DNA from: Podarcis bocagei
Taxonomy: Eukaryota
Direction: 5' to 3' (one strand)
NCBI GenBank assembly: GCA_964188305.1
Contig: OZ076889.1
DNA length: 64,000 nt
Within the stretch, counting starts at the first letter, position 1; every line of letters begins with the position of its first letter. The notes below the pieces were generated by a model. That model did no database searches and was not told the DNA's origin. It worked only from the letters and a program-made list of their open reading frames with translations. Made by a program: the position numbers and the translations under genes. Below are positions 47,962-62,431 of this stretch, piece after piece.

Positions 47962-50238
47962 ATCTAGGCACAATTCAAGGGTTCTCTGATCAATGGTGCT
48001 AAAGATGGTGAAATTTTAAGTTACTCTTGGGAACAATCATGCAAAGTATTTAGATAAACATTTAGCATTTTGCACAAATACCCTATCATTAAATACAAGT
48101 GTCATTTGTGCAGCAGCTGTGAAAAAGAGACATTTCATATTGGGGAATATTAGGAAAGGAATTGAAAATAAAAGTGCCAGTATTCTAAACACTGTAAATG
48201 CAATAGTTTCTTTATCAAAAGATTTAATGGATTAATCTAATGAGTTGACTACACACTGCAGTATTCGGAGCAGAGAGACCTGGTTTCAGATACACACATG
48301 GCCATGGAGTTTATTGGGCAACTTTGGGATAATTAGACAGTGGGAATATAAATGTAACCACTGCCTTTGAACTTGCCCTAGGCAGCACTGCTATCAGCTT
48401 GCAATTGTTTCAGTAACCCACAATGGAAGCAAAAGTAAGGAAATGCTTTTGAAAACAGGATCCCATACCAAATCTGTGTGTTTTTCCCAGGCTATTCTCA
48501 AGAGCATGAACATTAACATGTTTTATTTAACTCCTCTCCCTCATCTCTTAGGATTTTGTGCTAAGCACCTGACCCAACTTTCCTCCAGAGTGAGGTCTTA
48601 ATGAGGCTCATTTGCAGTCAAGTGTCTGCAGAGTAGGAAGTTGGCAAACAATTCCCCTTGTTAAGCAGCCTGGCTCATGATTGTCTTAATGATGCAGCTA
48701 ACATGATGATGTGAATGCATTGCCGAGACTGAACACAAAAGGGGGAGCCATCACAAAGAAAAGGGGAAAGAGAGAAAGATTCACCAAACATTGAAATGAG
48801 CGGGGGGGGGGGTTCTTTTCTTTATTTTAGGGGATTATTATCTTCATTAACTCCACCAACCGAGTACCCTGGGCAATTCATAGAAGGAAAAAATTACAGT
48901 GTTTACAAATAACTATACACGAGTTGTTTTGTGTTCTTGCAGCAAAAGACTGCAGTGAGGAAAAAGAAACACAGAAGGGCAACTAATGCTACAAGAAAAT
49001 TAAGGGAACCATTTAGAAGATTTCTTTAAGCCATTTTAATTAAAGTTTCAACCCACCCAGCTCTTTCACCACCAAGGTTGAGCTCCATTTAGGAACTTTT
49101 TTTTAATCTAAGAGCCACATTCCCTCTTGGCCAACCCTTTGAGGGCCACATGACAGTGAGAGGTGTGGCCCTCCATCCAAAGCACATCCATACTCACAGC
49201 ACACAAACCGACTCCTCCCTGCCCCAGGTATTAGCTTTAAAAAACCTTTTATAACATTTGAGAGTTTTACTAGGTAGTAAGTATAAATTATCAGTTTCTT
49301 CAAAGTTTGGACTGAGCTCATGCTTGAAGAAGAGTGGGACAAAAAGTGTTCAGGATCATCACTTCAAGTCCTGCTGAGAGGCTTTTCCTCCCAAATATTT
49401 GTCCCAAATATTTGCACTTTTCTCTGTGACATTTCACAGTCATAAACTCAGTCATTACAAACTCAAAAAGAAAAAGGAGGGTAGTAGATGCCTTTGGAAA
49501 TATTGACAGGTTCCCTATGCTCAGCTGACAATGCACAAATGACCCTTGAAGTGTTATTGGAAGAATTTTTTATACATCAGACATATGTCTTTTCCTTTCC
49601 ATGATGCACCTGTTTCATTCTTTAGAGTGATTGCCTTCTGCAACAAGCCAGTCTCAAAACAAAATTGAGTGTTTGTGACCCTGACCAGAATCTCATTAAC
49701 ATTTTCTTCAGGCAGCTTTAATGCAATGAACACTTTTACATAGGTAACACACCCAATCTTATAGACTTATCATTATATCGAAGATATTGTCATGGCTGCT
49801 GGAGTCCAGCAACTTATACAGGGCAACAGGTCCCCCATCCCTGGGGTAAATGTTGCCATTTAAAAGCACTGCCCTCTGTATAGTTCAGGTTCATTTATAT
49901 GCAGGGCACTGTAGAAAACTGAGTCTTTATAAATCAGGGACAAGTGGAACATGCAACTGTGGAGTGCTCCTATTCAGAGACCCAAGCATTGAATCAGCCT
50001 ACCTTTTCCAGGAAACTACATTCCATTAGACTCTCAGTTGCTCCATTCACAAATAAAGATGGAGATCTGTGACCAAATAGGGCTGCCCCATAGGCCTTTG
50101 GGGAGTTCAGGAAGGGCTATGCTGAAGAAGGAGCCTTTAAGACAGAGAGACTGGAAGGAGGCGAAGAAACAGCTTGGCTGATGAAGTGGAAGGTAGTTTT
50201 AGATGTAACAAGAAACATAACACAAGGCACCATTGAGA

Positions 50239-50306
50239 AGTGATAGTTTCACCTCTTGACTACTCCCATCACAGTGATAGTTTCACCTCTTGACTACTCC
50301 CATCAC
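50239..50306. repeat. Perfect 34-bp tandem duplication
   Basis: AGTGATAGTTTCACCTCTTGACTACTCCCATCAC occurs twice. Confidence 0.95.
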
Positions 50307-52875
50307 AGAATCCAAATACTGAATGAAAGTGTTTTTCTTAGTACCAGAATGCTGAGCTCCTTCACCCACTATATTATGGTCCTACAAAACAGACAATTTC
50401 TATAATCAAGTCTTTAAATGAAGTCACACAAGTCTTCAGACAACTGCATCTAAAAATAGGCTCCCATGACTCAAAGCAGTGGGCCTGCAAGTCTTATGTG
50501 TTACATGAAGTTAGGGAGGATTACTAGGCTAATTCCATCAGACCTCCTACAACGGATGCTTATTACTACCCTCTGACACCTAAGAGGTCAGAAACCTTTC
50601 CTAGATGATGGATATGAAATAGCAGAGGGACAAAATAAGTTGCACTGGTTATACAAGTTGATACCGTAGCCTACTGATGATCTGTAGGCTACTGTATGAT
50701 GTTCATGGCAGTGAAGCCTCACCATCAAAAGCGCCTACTTGACATTGGTTAGGAGGGATTTCTGTGCCCACCCTCCCTCTAAGAGCAATGCTAGTCTGCG
50801 CAGAGAATAATCCCTGCCGCCTTCCTTGAAGTTTGGTTCCACGGTCCTTGGCTTGGATTCCAGGCGGCACTCGCTCCAGACAGGGACAGCAGAAATGGCT
50901 AGGCATCATTCCTAGGCTGGCTGGCAGCATCCCCCACACCTACACTCTCCTATCAGATGCCCAGGATCCATGATGAATAATCACAGAGGAGAAGGAACGC
51001 CAAGAGTGTGAGTGGCTGAAGCAGCAAATAGCACATGTTTTGAGAAAGTGAGGCATTGGGAGAGGGTGGCTAATGAATGATCTGCACATAGCCAGTCTGG
51101 CAAGCTACACAGTTATCTATAAAATCGGACAGTTTGGGCAGAGTTTCATTGAAGCTTGTGCACAGACTGATTGGCCGCAGGGCCGTGCAAACTGAGGCTA
51201 CCTGGTGGAGTCATTTCGCTACTTCTTGAGGGCTTCCAAGTGGCGGATTGAAGTGCTTGCTTGGTATGTATACATTGCTTACTGTTTGTGTATTTTGTAT
51301 CGCTTCTGAATCTCATTTTAAAAGAACCACCTTTCCTTTGGCAAGACACGTGGGAAAGGAGATTGTTGCAGCAGGAGTGGGAGACACCCATGACTCTTCA
51401 CCAGCCTGACTCAACCCTGGCTCCCTCCTCCTGCTCACTGGTTTTGGCTTCTGCCTCTGATTCTGGCCTTCTCTCTGTCAGACTCTTCCAGCTCACGAAG
51501 CCCTGTTACTCCTTCAGCTTCCAACACCTCCTCTTCCCAGTCCTCTCCTTCTCCCTCTCACTACTCATCATCATTCCACCGCCACTCCCAGGGCTCTGGG
51601 CATCTTCCCTCGGGGGTTCCCCAGCTGGTTCCTCCCACCATTCCTCTGCATCCAACCAGTCCACAACACCCACTAAGAATTAATAAATCCTCTTATTTTG
51701 GTAGAAGGGTCACATCCTCAATAGGATTTGCTTGTTGCTGCCCAAGAAGCAGGGCATTAAGGGGTAGCTTACATGGAGAAGGAAGGAGCTTCTGAGAAGA
51801 GGAACTTGTACAATGGAAGTGGAGCTGAAAGAGAATCTCTTGCATGCAGCCCAGGGAAAGGAACAGTGGAATGAAGGTACGAAGGAAATTATGGAGGTTG
51901 GGAGACCTATGGACCAGGGAATCTAAGGAGTAGATTGTAGCTGAATGCAGCGAAGTTTCATAAACTGATGGAAATTTACCAGCCACATCTCTAGCTGCCA
52001 GTCTCTACTCCATTTGTGTTTCGGCACATAATACTTCTCTCCCTCCTGGATGCTTAATCCTGCTCAAGCAGTGGCTAGAAAAAGGAAGCTACTTCAATTG
52101 AGCAGAAGAACCATAACCAGCACAAATCATCAAATTCCATCCTGAAGGAGAAACCGGTGCTGCAATTATTGAAATTTTAAAGTTCAAACTTGAATTCAGC
52201 AGAGTGACCTTCTTTTGACAGATTTATGGTAGTTTTAGCACAGCCTAATTAGAAACAGGTTGGAGGCTATGTGACTTGATTAGCAACAATGCTAGCTATG
52301 TCACATCACTTTTTACCCAGTCCCCCTAGGAAAACAATTGAATCCTCTTTGTCTCTAGGAGAAAAATGCATAAACATAACATGCACGCTTCTTCCACCAG
52401 GAGAGAACTGGTTGATTGGCACCAGCACTTTTGAAAGAAAAAAAGGTTAAGTACCTTATTCTCAAACAGCCATCCTTTTTATTCACCTACCATTACTTGT
52501 TTTAAACACAGATTTCTCTATGACTTTCAAAGTGAACTGATCTCTTTCCGCCTCCATGAGGGTCTTAGCTGAATAGGACAACCTATTTTTGCACTTTTCC
52601 TGTCCCTACAGATTAGAAGGGGTCATTTGTTGCCATTGAGTAAACCAAACATATGCATATTCTTCACAATACTGTATCAAGAAAGTGCCCTTACATTCCA
52701 TATTTGGGTGTATATTGTTCTCAGCTGAACTGGTTAAATGTTAATAGTGCTTGAGGACCAAGGCATACTTTACGTTGCAAATGCGTAAAACCGTTGGTTC
52801 TCTTTGTGAGATCAGCAGGTGATCCGTGGTTATGAGGATGTGGTTAACCATTTCCCCTGCGTTTCTAACCTGTAG

Positions 52876-53121
52876 ATAATAATAATAATAATAATAATAA
52901 TTTATTATTTGTACCCCGCCCATCTGGCTGGGTTTCCCCAGCCACTCTGGGCGGCTTCCACAGAAACCAAAAAACACTAAAATATCATACATTAAAAGCT
53001 TCCCTGAATAGGGCCGCCTTAAGATGTTTTCTGAATGTCAGGTAGTTGTCCATCACCTTGACATCCGATGGGAGGGCATTCCACAGGGCGGGCGCCACCA
53101 CCGAAAAGGCCCTCTGCCTGG
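52876..53121 (-). mobile_element. L2-type LINE 3' end with (AAT)n tail
   Basis: ORF 52985..53209 contains RAFSVVAPALWNALP...F...LK..LF, the L2 ORF2 C-terminal motif. Confidence 0.8.
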
Positions 53122-54125
53122 TAGACCCATGATTACTTGACTCCAATGGTTCACCATGCAGCCATGAACTCATGGACAGAAAAACACATAGACTTGTGAA
53201 GTGCTGCAATACTTGAGGGTATTGGAATTTGAGAAAGAGGCTTGATATGAGATAGGAAGCTGCCTTATCCTGAAGCAGACCCTTCGTCCATCTAGTCTAG
53301 CTCGATAATGACAACACTCTTATATTGAATCAGATCAATTGGTCCATCTAGTTCAGTAATGACTACCTAAAGATGCCAGAGATTAAACCTGGAATTCCCT
53401 GCATGCAAAGCAGATGCTCTTCCGTTGAGCTACAAGCCTTCCCCATAGCTAAAGTTCAAGAATGCCTTTTACAAGATTAAAAAACCAAAGCAAAACTCAA
53501 CAACTCTTGTTACAAGCTTCACTGGTAGGGAAAATAAAACCCACCAAGGTCCACCACTCAGTGTGACCCAGTGATCATGCAGTCAAACTTCCACTGTATA
53601 GACAAGAACACTCCAGGCTTCCTTCTCCCCTTTGCACCTTAGCAAAGGTGCCTTAGTACCATAAATACATGCTTACTACTTTTACACCAATCCAATACTG
53701 AGCAAGTACCAGATAAAGTGGTTATCACTGATGTGCAACTCTCCTGCTCCCCAAAGCAGGTGTGCACATTATAAACTCAGAATTCTTCAGACAGAATAAG
53801 CATCAGCATTTAAAAAAATTCATTCTACCAATTTCAAAGGAGTCCTTTGAAATTCATGATTCTTGTTGCAAATCAAATCCTCCAAATTACATTAAATAAG
53901 GAGGCTTTCCTATTATCCCCTCAGGCTCCTAAGAGTGTTTAAATCCTGCCACCTGCACAAGGCAATCTATTGTTAAAACAATAGGTCCATGCTGCTGGAG
54001 GGGTTCAGTGGACGTCCCTGAGATCCCACTACAGAAGTGTGGCACGGGAAGTGATGTTGCTGGTGGTAGACCCTGAAATGTGTCATGAGGAGGGTAGAGC
54101 AGGGCTGGCCATAGATCTACTAGAT

Positions 54126-54261
54126 CGGGGTTTCCCAAACTTGGGTCTCCAGTTGTTTTTGGACTACAACTCCCATCATCCCTAGCTAGTAGGACCAGTG
54201 GTCAGGAATGATAGGAATTGTAGACCAAAATCAGCTGGAGGCCCAAGTTTGAGAAACCCTA
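54126..54261. mobile_element. Short palindromic hAT MITE; related copies at ~37463-37520 and ~61366-61505
   Basis: TIRs C.GGGTTTCCCAAACTTGGG / CCCAAGTTTGAGAAACCCT, 8-bp TSD TACTAGAT/TGCTAGAT and a ggactacaactccc core. Confidence 0.8.
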
Positions 54262-57200
54262 TGCTAGATCCTAGGTTGATCCACATGCTTTTGCTGCTAG
54301 CCTGGAAGCTGGTGCAGCAAAAAAGTAAACACTGCCTCTTCTGTCCTGTCCAGCAGGGTTGTGGATGCTGTGGTCCCTGGCCCCACTCAAGACTGCTCTG
54401 TCATCTGTGAATAATTCATTGTTGTTCCTATTGGCAGAAGAGGTAATGCCAAGAGATGGAAGGCTACCCGTTTCTAAGACTGAGCCTTCTTAATCATATA
54501 CCCAAAACTGCAGTGTCTCTATTATTGGATTAGTGGCAAATAATAAATGAAAGGAATAAATGAAATAGTAAGCAGTAAAGTGGAAGCTCTGAGAGTGGGC
54601 ACCAACATATGCTTCTTCAGAATTGTCAAGCCTTCAGTTGCCATGGTAGCAGGTTCCTAAAGAAACCAAAGATGTTTTGTGCCTTACCACAGCAATAGTC
54701 CAAAAGAAAAGCCTTGAGAATTAAACAGGCAGATCTTTTCTAAAAAAACTAATTTGCAAAACAGCCCCTTTTCTAATGATCATACACAAAATTAGTGTCT
54801 CTGGGGGAAATATACCCACATGGGTCTAAGATCAATAGATTATTTTTATACCAGCAATAGGGGAGAGGAGGAAAGGGAGTTTTCTTAGAGCTTTGTTTAA
54901 GCTAAAGAATGAATTATCCAGTTTAAGAATACCGATAGTAAAGAACCCATGCAGACACACTGCAGAATTCTTGCACTGCGGGAATACAAACTCCAATATT
55001 TATTTGTTGGATTATTTGCACTTGCTTTCCCTCTCTCACACACAGCAAGAAATGTTTTAGTGGGTGAGTTAGGCAAGAAGAAAGCAATATATAATCAAGT
55101 TATAATTTCATCTGCAGGGCTGAAAATAGTGATTGAAACTAACAGAAACAGAAGCAAAGTGTTGCAGTGTATCCTTACCTTCTGTTGCTCAAGATTCTGG
55201 CCAGCCAGCCACAACATGCTCCACGATAGTTTAAAATATAAGGGGTCCAAGGAGGTCAATTCACTCGGCGAGTTCCAGGTTGTCACTTAGCATGTTCAGT
55301 GCTCCTTGGGCTGCTTGTGAGGAGGGATTATTCCCTTTGTTTAGACCTCTACTCTACTGTGAGAGAATCTCTGCATTTCTAAGGCAACATTTCTACACCT
55401 AGGATTAAGCTCCACTGAACTAAATGGGGCATACTTCTGTATAGGACTGCAACGTTACATCCAGTTTGAGAAAAGGGGATCTGTAGAGTAATTCAAATAG
55501 TAAAAAGGAAACAAACCACAACAACCCAGTTTAGAGATGAGGTAAGTTTAATTCTCAGTACGCTATTAATGTGTCACATACATAGGGAGATTTCTTCCTG
55601 AGTTTTCCAATGCCTTTTAAAAACCATTAGCTATGGAGCACGTTAAAACTGTAACAGCTTAAAGTACATTTAAAAACCACAGTATATAATAATATAATTA
55701 ATAACCTTCACTAATGGTACAATGTATAAAAGACCTTAAGTGTAGCCATTCTTCATAGGCAGTAATAATAAAAGCATATAAATACATAACTTTTATTTAA
55801 AGGCAAAACGTGAAGATAGGCAGGCTGAGTTAGGATAACTGTGATTCAGATCCTTTTAGCATGTTGACTTTGTTCCATCTCCTGCTCCTTCAACATGAAC
55901 ACTGATCTTTTAAAAGTTAGATTCTTCCCACTTTTCACAATTCCCTGGCCTAAATTTTCAGCAGCTACAAGCAAATTTAAATAATCTTCTTGAATTTCCT
56001 GAGGTGAACAGCCTTAGCACTTCCAATAAAGCAAGGCTTCTTAAAATACTGAAGATGAAGTCACTAGCTTTGTGTTAAAATAAGACTATTGTGGGACCAC
56101 AGGTGATTTTCGAACCACCAACTTGATCCTCAGTGGTATACTTAATTTAAAAAACAATCTGATGTTACTCCCATCACTTATACTGCCACAAACCCACTCA
56201 AAAGCTCATTGCACTGGAGCCTGCAAGGCTTGAGATGATCCAAGCCTACTCCAAAAAATTCTCTTGTCTGAGATAATATGGGAAGGGATGCAGATAGAGC
56301 AACAGCTAAGAAGTCACAGATGACCATGAGAAAATGTGTGCTACAAAAAAAGGCATATACAAACCCTGCAGACTCCCCTGTTCCACCTTCAACTATATAT
56401 CCGTAAATAAGTATGGAATGTATATTTCGACAGCTAGAACCCACCATGACCCAAATTAAGGGCAGCCCCATGTTGGTTTACCCATCTCAATGGTTTATCT
56501 TTCTGCTTACTAAAAAAAGACTTTCCACCAAACTTGCACTTAGAAATTACGTTGCTAACCTGCAGGACCACTGTCCAAGCAAACAATTAAATGCTTCTAA
56601 GGTGGTTGGAGATGGTGAAAACAATTATGCACAAATGGAAGATGACGAAGTTTAAAATTAGAGCATGCTACAACACAAACCTCATTTGAAGTAAACAATC
56701 ATGGGATTAGTTTAGCCAGCCAGGAGAAATATCTAAGCAAGGAGCTAGGGGAGTACCTCATCACTCCCCAAATCAGGACCAGTCCAAATTACGGTCATGA
56801 TGTGGGCACTGTGAAGGAAGCTCTTCCTTGTGGTGGCACTGCACATAGAAGCTTTGACACCACTGCTAACACCCGTCCAAACACACAAAGCAGACCGCAC
56901 AAGCAGTGCCCTGTCACGGTGCTACATGCCACTAGAGTGCACATAATTACAAGCTTTCAGACATTCCCATTTCTGTGTAGACCACCACCACAGGAAGCTT
57001 TGCAGTGGTTCTCACACAGGAGTAGTAACATTTTGATCTTTTCTGTAGGTCATAATGAAAAGGTACATTCCTTGTGGAAATGGTTTATAAAGAATTAAAC
57101 CCATCGCTTCAAGCAATTGCAGAAGTAGATCACCTGGAAATGTCAACAACAAAACAGGAAGGAAGGTGTTACTGAGGATAGGAAGTATTTACATCCCAAG

Positions 57201-57902
57201 GGCTGGTTTCAAAATTCATTTTTGACAACAGTTTTTAAGATGTAACCTGTAACAGGTCAAAACGTTATTTTGATGTGAGGGTGGAAATGACCCAGTTCTG
57301 ATGATATTATCTCTGCATGAAATAAACATGCTTTGAACCTTCTGAATGTCACATGAGCAGACATCCCGGCAAGTATAAGGCCCCTAATAAGTTACAAGTA
57401 CTACAGAAAGTGACCACCAAAGGTAAGTAGTTTGTACATTTAGTTCAAACTCAGAACTTATAGCAAAGAAAGCTAAAAATGCAGATAAGCAAAGCTTCCT
57501 AAAGGATGGTCCACATAATTATTTGGTGACTGTAGGTACAGATCTGGTGTTGTGCAACTATTTTAAGCTCATTCGGGAGCCGGTGAACGCCAAGACATAT
57601 TTCCACTATTCACAGGGCTGGTAGCAGAGATTTATCTTCTGGTTGCAGAGCACTGTGTGCAAACATTGCCTTTTGTGGTTTGTTGTGTCAGTAATACAGC
57701 AGCAATGTCATTTAAGAACATCATATAATTCAACACATTCATTAAAAAATAAAAATAAAATCCCACGGAAATAGTCCCTTAAATCACTTCATCATAAACT
57801 TCGTTGGGAAAAAAGTCTTTTTAAAACACTGATGCACCCATGAGTTCTTTAAAATGACCATACAAAAGCTGACCCCCAACTCTGGCAAACAGGAAATGTA
57901 CA

Positions 57903-58131
57903 TCAAAGGGCTGCATGCGGGGCAGGCTGAAAGTCGCTGCTTTTCGTGGCCTGAGCCATGGCTCTGCGTTTGGCAAGGCGGGATTTGGAGGGGGGAGAAA
58001 GCTTCATGGAGCAGAGGGCCTGGGTGATGCTCTCTTGCTCTTCACTGAGCTGATTCTCGTGCTGGGAGAGCTGACGGTTCAGGGCAATGGCCTCAGCTGC
58101 AAAGAGAGTCAGCTCTTTCGTGCTGCTGTTC
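57903..58131 (-). CDS. MKNK1: MAP kinase-interacting kinase 1, last coding exon
   Basis: NSSTKELTLFAAEAIALNRQLSQHE...LCSMKLSPPSKSRLAKRRA, including the MAPK docking motif. Acceptor cctacAG at 58132-58133; TGA at 57903-57905. Confidence 0.95.
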
Positions 58132-58427
58132 CTGTAGGTGGGGAAGGAAAATTTCAGTTGAGACCTTAAAACTGGCAGAAAGGCACAGGTTGTCTCTTCA
58201 CTGCCTCTCTTATACATAACTAAGTTAAGTTCTGTGATTAATTTCCAAATAAAGTAAGAACCACAGTAAGCGGTAGTCCTTCAGACAATGGAAGTCACGT
58301 GCTCTTGGCAAAGAGCTCTTCTGACTAATGCAGCCCACTACTTTGTCCCTAAACTCCCCTGATTTGATTGGATCCACCCGACAACCACCCTTTCATCTAG
58401 TTGTGTGAGAAGCTCAGGAAAGGTTAC

Positions 58428-58471
58428 CTTTGGAGAACCTGTGGCGTAGGCAGTCCTCTTTCAGAAGCATG
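58428..58471 (-). CDS. MKNK1: MKNK1 44-bp penultimate coding exon
   Basis: HASERGLPTPQVLQ(R), bounded by AG/GT and phase-compatible with its neighbours. Confidence 0.92.
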
Positions 58472-58835
58472 CTGCACACAATGGAAAGGATACAAGATTA
58501 GTTGAGGATCCTTAGCAGAAAAATGGATCCTTACAGAGTTCACTATATGGAATGACCATTTATAAACAGATAAAATTTCAGGTGAATTAGATAGTCAGAT
58601 ACAGGCAATGAACATAGAAATAGAGAGATCACAAGAACAAAATACGTAAGACTTTGCATTTTGCCCATATCAACATAAGGAGAACCTGGTTCTTCCTAAA
58701 TTGAACCTAGAATTAGTCTCTCGCTAAAATCCCCATTCAGGCTACGGTGGAGATATTGAGGATGCATGGAAATAATTTAGGCCTTTACTAGCGGCTGCTA
58801 AAACATGAGCCACGTGGCTCAAGGCTCAACCACTA

Positions 58836-59156
<321 letters not shown>

Positions 59157-59392
59157 TTAAAACTTTCATTTCCAACCTTTTACAGAATGACCCAAGTCAC
59201 CTTAAAATCCTTACAGCCCTATATTCCTGAATGTTGATGGAAGACTAGCATCGCTAGTCTTTATTAATTGAATCCATATCCCACCCCTTTGCGACAAAGG
59301 AGTTATGGGCAGCAAACAGTATTCGCTAACACAGCTTTAGAATGGAACTCTGCATGTCTCGAGGGCAACAACATATAGCCCTTCTCCAATCA

Positions 59393-59665
<273 letters not shown>

Positions 59666-60742
59666 CTAGCAAAGCAGATATGAGAGAGTTAAGACAAAAA
59701 CAAAAACCAAGCCAAATGAAAGTGACAGAAAAACTTCTGCTAACTGCCCCAGGTCTTTTGTTTTCAAAGGAGCATCTAAAACATACTGATCAATAGATGC
59801 TCCTGTGCTTGGTGGTTGCTGTTTTTAGACCATTTTAATACATTTTTTTTAATGTTACCATATTAGATTATTATTTTTCACAAAACTGTTGAAACCTCAT
59901 GGCTCTCTGAATATCCAGCCTTTTCATACAAAGCTGGCAGAGTATAAAACCCAGCACAGGGAGTTCTTCTACTTATACTTTTGAATACAAAGTTGAGGAA
60001 ATCCAAGGCAAGATAATGGCCAGGTGATAGGTGGATGATAGGATAGTGGTCAGGAGGGAACTAAGTACTCAGTACGTGCCCTGTTAACCACCTACTTTAC
60101 CACAGATGCAGATGGTTAACAATCTGGAAATTCAACCTACTGCAAATCATTCACTCCAAGGCAGGCAAACGCAGACTCCAAAACACCAGGAACAAATCTG
60201 TAGCGTAAGTCTAATTCACACTCATAACACACTACCAAGCCAACACGTTTAAAACCAATGATTTTCACTCATTGCAAATTTCACACTCCTTGCAAATAAG
60301 CATGAGATTGCTGGTTTGCCGCCCACAACTCTGGCAATAAAATACTGAACAGTTGCTGGGCAACAGCAAGACTTATGCAGAAGCAAATGATATCATGAAG
60401 GATTTTAATTCTTAGCTATTTCAGTAATTATTCATTAAAAATATTGCTTAACTGCCCTTTATCAACAGATTCCAGGGCAGTGTACGAAAGTGTGAATACA
60501 ATTATTTCACATCACATTGGTATTTGAAAAAGCACAATTTTAGACTATTTCTGCACAGTAAGAAATTGTTAATGTGGTGACATAATCCATTCTTGCAATA
60601 CTTTGGACTTGCAAATATGAAGTGTGTATATATTTGCTTCCACAATTCTACATTTTTTTCAGGTTTCCTGCTCCCTTAAATCATTCCACTCATTCTTCTT
60701 TCATGCCCATTATGTCTGGAACAACCTCCCCAAACAGCTTGC

Positions 60743-60746
<4 letters not shown>

Positions 60747-60800
<54 letters not shown>
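60747..60800. repeat. (CT)n microsatellite in an MKNK1 intron
   Basis: Direct dinucleotide run. Confidence 0.95.
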
Positions 60801-60803
<3 letters not shown>

Positions 60804-62075
60804 CAATACCACTGATCCTGTGAAGCCATAAGCTGAAATGTAATTGAATGCATATTCACTGCCCCCCATGTTTACCCAAATTTATAACTTTCTCCTTTTC
60901 CCTCTATTTTATCCCATATCAAACTTTAGATTGCAAGTTCCTCAAGGCCTTTCTTTTTGTTAAAACACCCAACACATTGGTGGTGCTATATTAACACATA
61001 TATTATTTAATACTAACGAAGTTAATGCCTTTCAGATCAAACACGTTCATTTTGCAGCTGGTTCTCTTAAACCCTTAAAATCAATATTCCCCTAAAAGGA
61101 TGGTGAAATATTAGCATTATCAATATAATGTTAATGATTGGTTAACTTGCCTCCAGTAAAACTGTGTTATGCTGCAGCAGAAACTTCCCATGTGCCCATG
61201 TCTACCAATTAAATGCAGCCTTGAGCGTTGGCTTGAGGAAGAGCCATAGTCTCCATGGTACAGCACACGGGTTACATATGCAAATTTGATCCCTGGCATC
61301 ACCAGGTGAGACTGCAAAAAGTCTCCATCCTGAATTCTGGAGAACTGCTGCCAGTGAGTGCAGACCAGGGGTAGCCAACACGGTGCCTTCCAGATTTTCT
61401 TAAACTACAATTCCCATGAGCCTTGGCCACAACGACTAAAGATCAAGTATGATGGATGCTGTAGTCCAACAGCATCTGGAGGGGCACCATTGTTGGCTAC
61501 TTCTTGTGAGGGCAAGACTGAGCTAGATAGGCCAAAAGTCTGACTTAGTCTAATGCCGCTTCCTATTCTCCTATGCAGCATTTAAGTCCTTCTCCATAAT
61601 GTGTCATTTTTACATGCTACCAGTCACATACGCCAGTCTTGTGACCCAGAGGCCCTCCTGCAAATGGCTGGGCGGCAGTTTGGTCCCATAAACTGGAAGC
61701 AGATCTCATGAATGTGATGTTACATTTCTTTGCAGAGATTGGAGGGAGAGGGAGAGAGGAAGCACATTTAAGACACCTCTCAAGCACCTCTTTTGAAGCC
61801 AGACTTTGTTCAACGTCATACATACTAGAACTAGGGCTGGAGTACTATTACTATGTAGGAAACTGTCTCCTTTAGCTGCAAAAATTGAGCATGCAGATTT
61901 GAAGGTTGGGTGAGGTCTGCTATACACACTTCACATAACTTAAGAACAATTGCCCGGCAAAAGACTAGTTTACTTTGAGTGCCCTTTAAAAAATATGAAG
62001 TCGTTGGGGCACCAACCATATGGTATCTGCAAGTTCCACCTTTGGCAATGCTGCTGAACTGCAACTTGATTACTA

Positions 62076-62309
<234 letters not shown>

Positions 62310-62375
62310 CTAATTTACTCAACCCTGAAATCCACCTAACAACAACCAAAAGAGTATCACAAAAGAATGATGTAC

Positions 62376-62431
62376 CTTACTGGGAGATTCACACAATATG
62401 TTTTCAGGTTTTAGGTCTCGGTGAGCAATAC
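62376..62431 (-). CDS. MKNK1: MKNK1 coding exon (56 bp, catalytic loop); upstream exons lie beyond the window
   Basis: (G)IAHRDLKPENILCESPSK, bounded by AG/GT. Confidence 0.95.

Noticed and set aside
51365-51668. TGTTG...CAACA-bounded pyrimidine-rich segment resembling an LTR fragment
   Set aside because: No TSD, TATA or polyA signal that I could verify; too weak to call.
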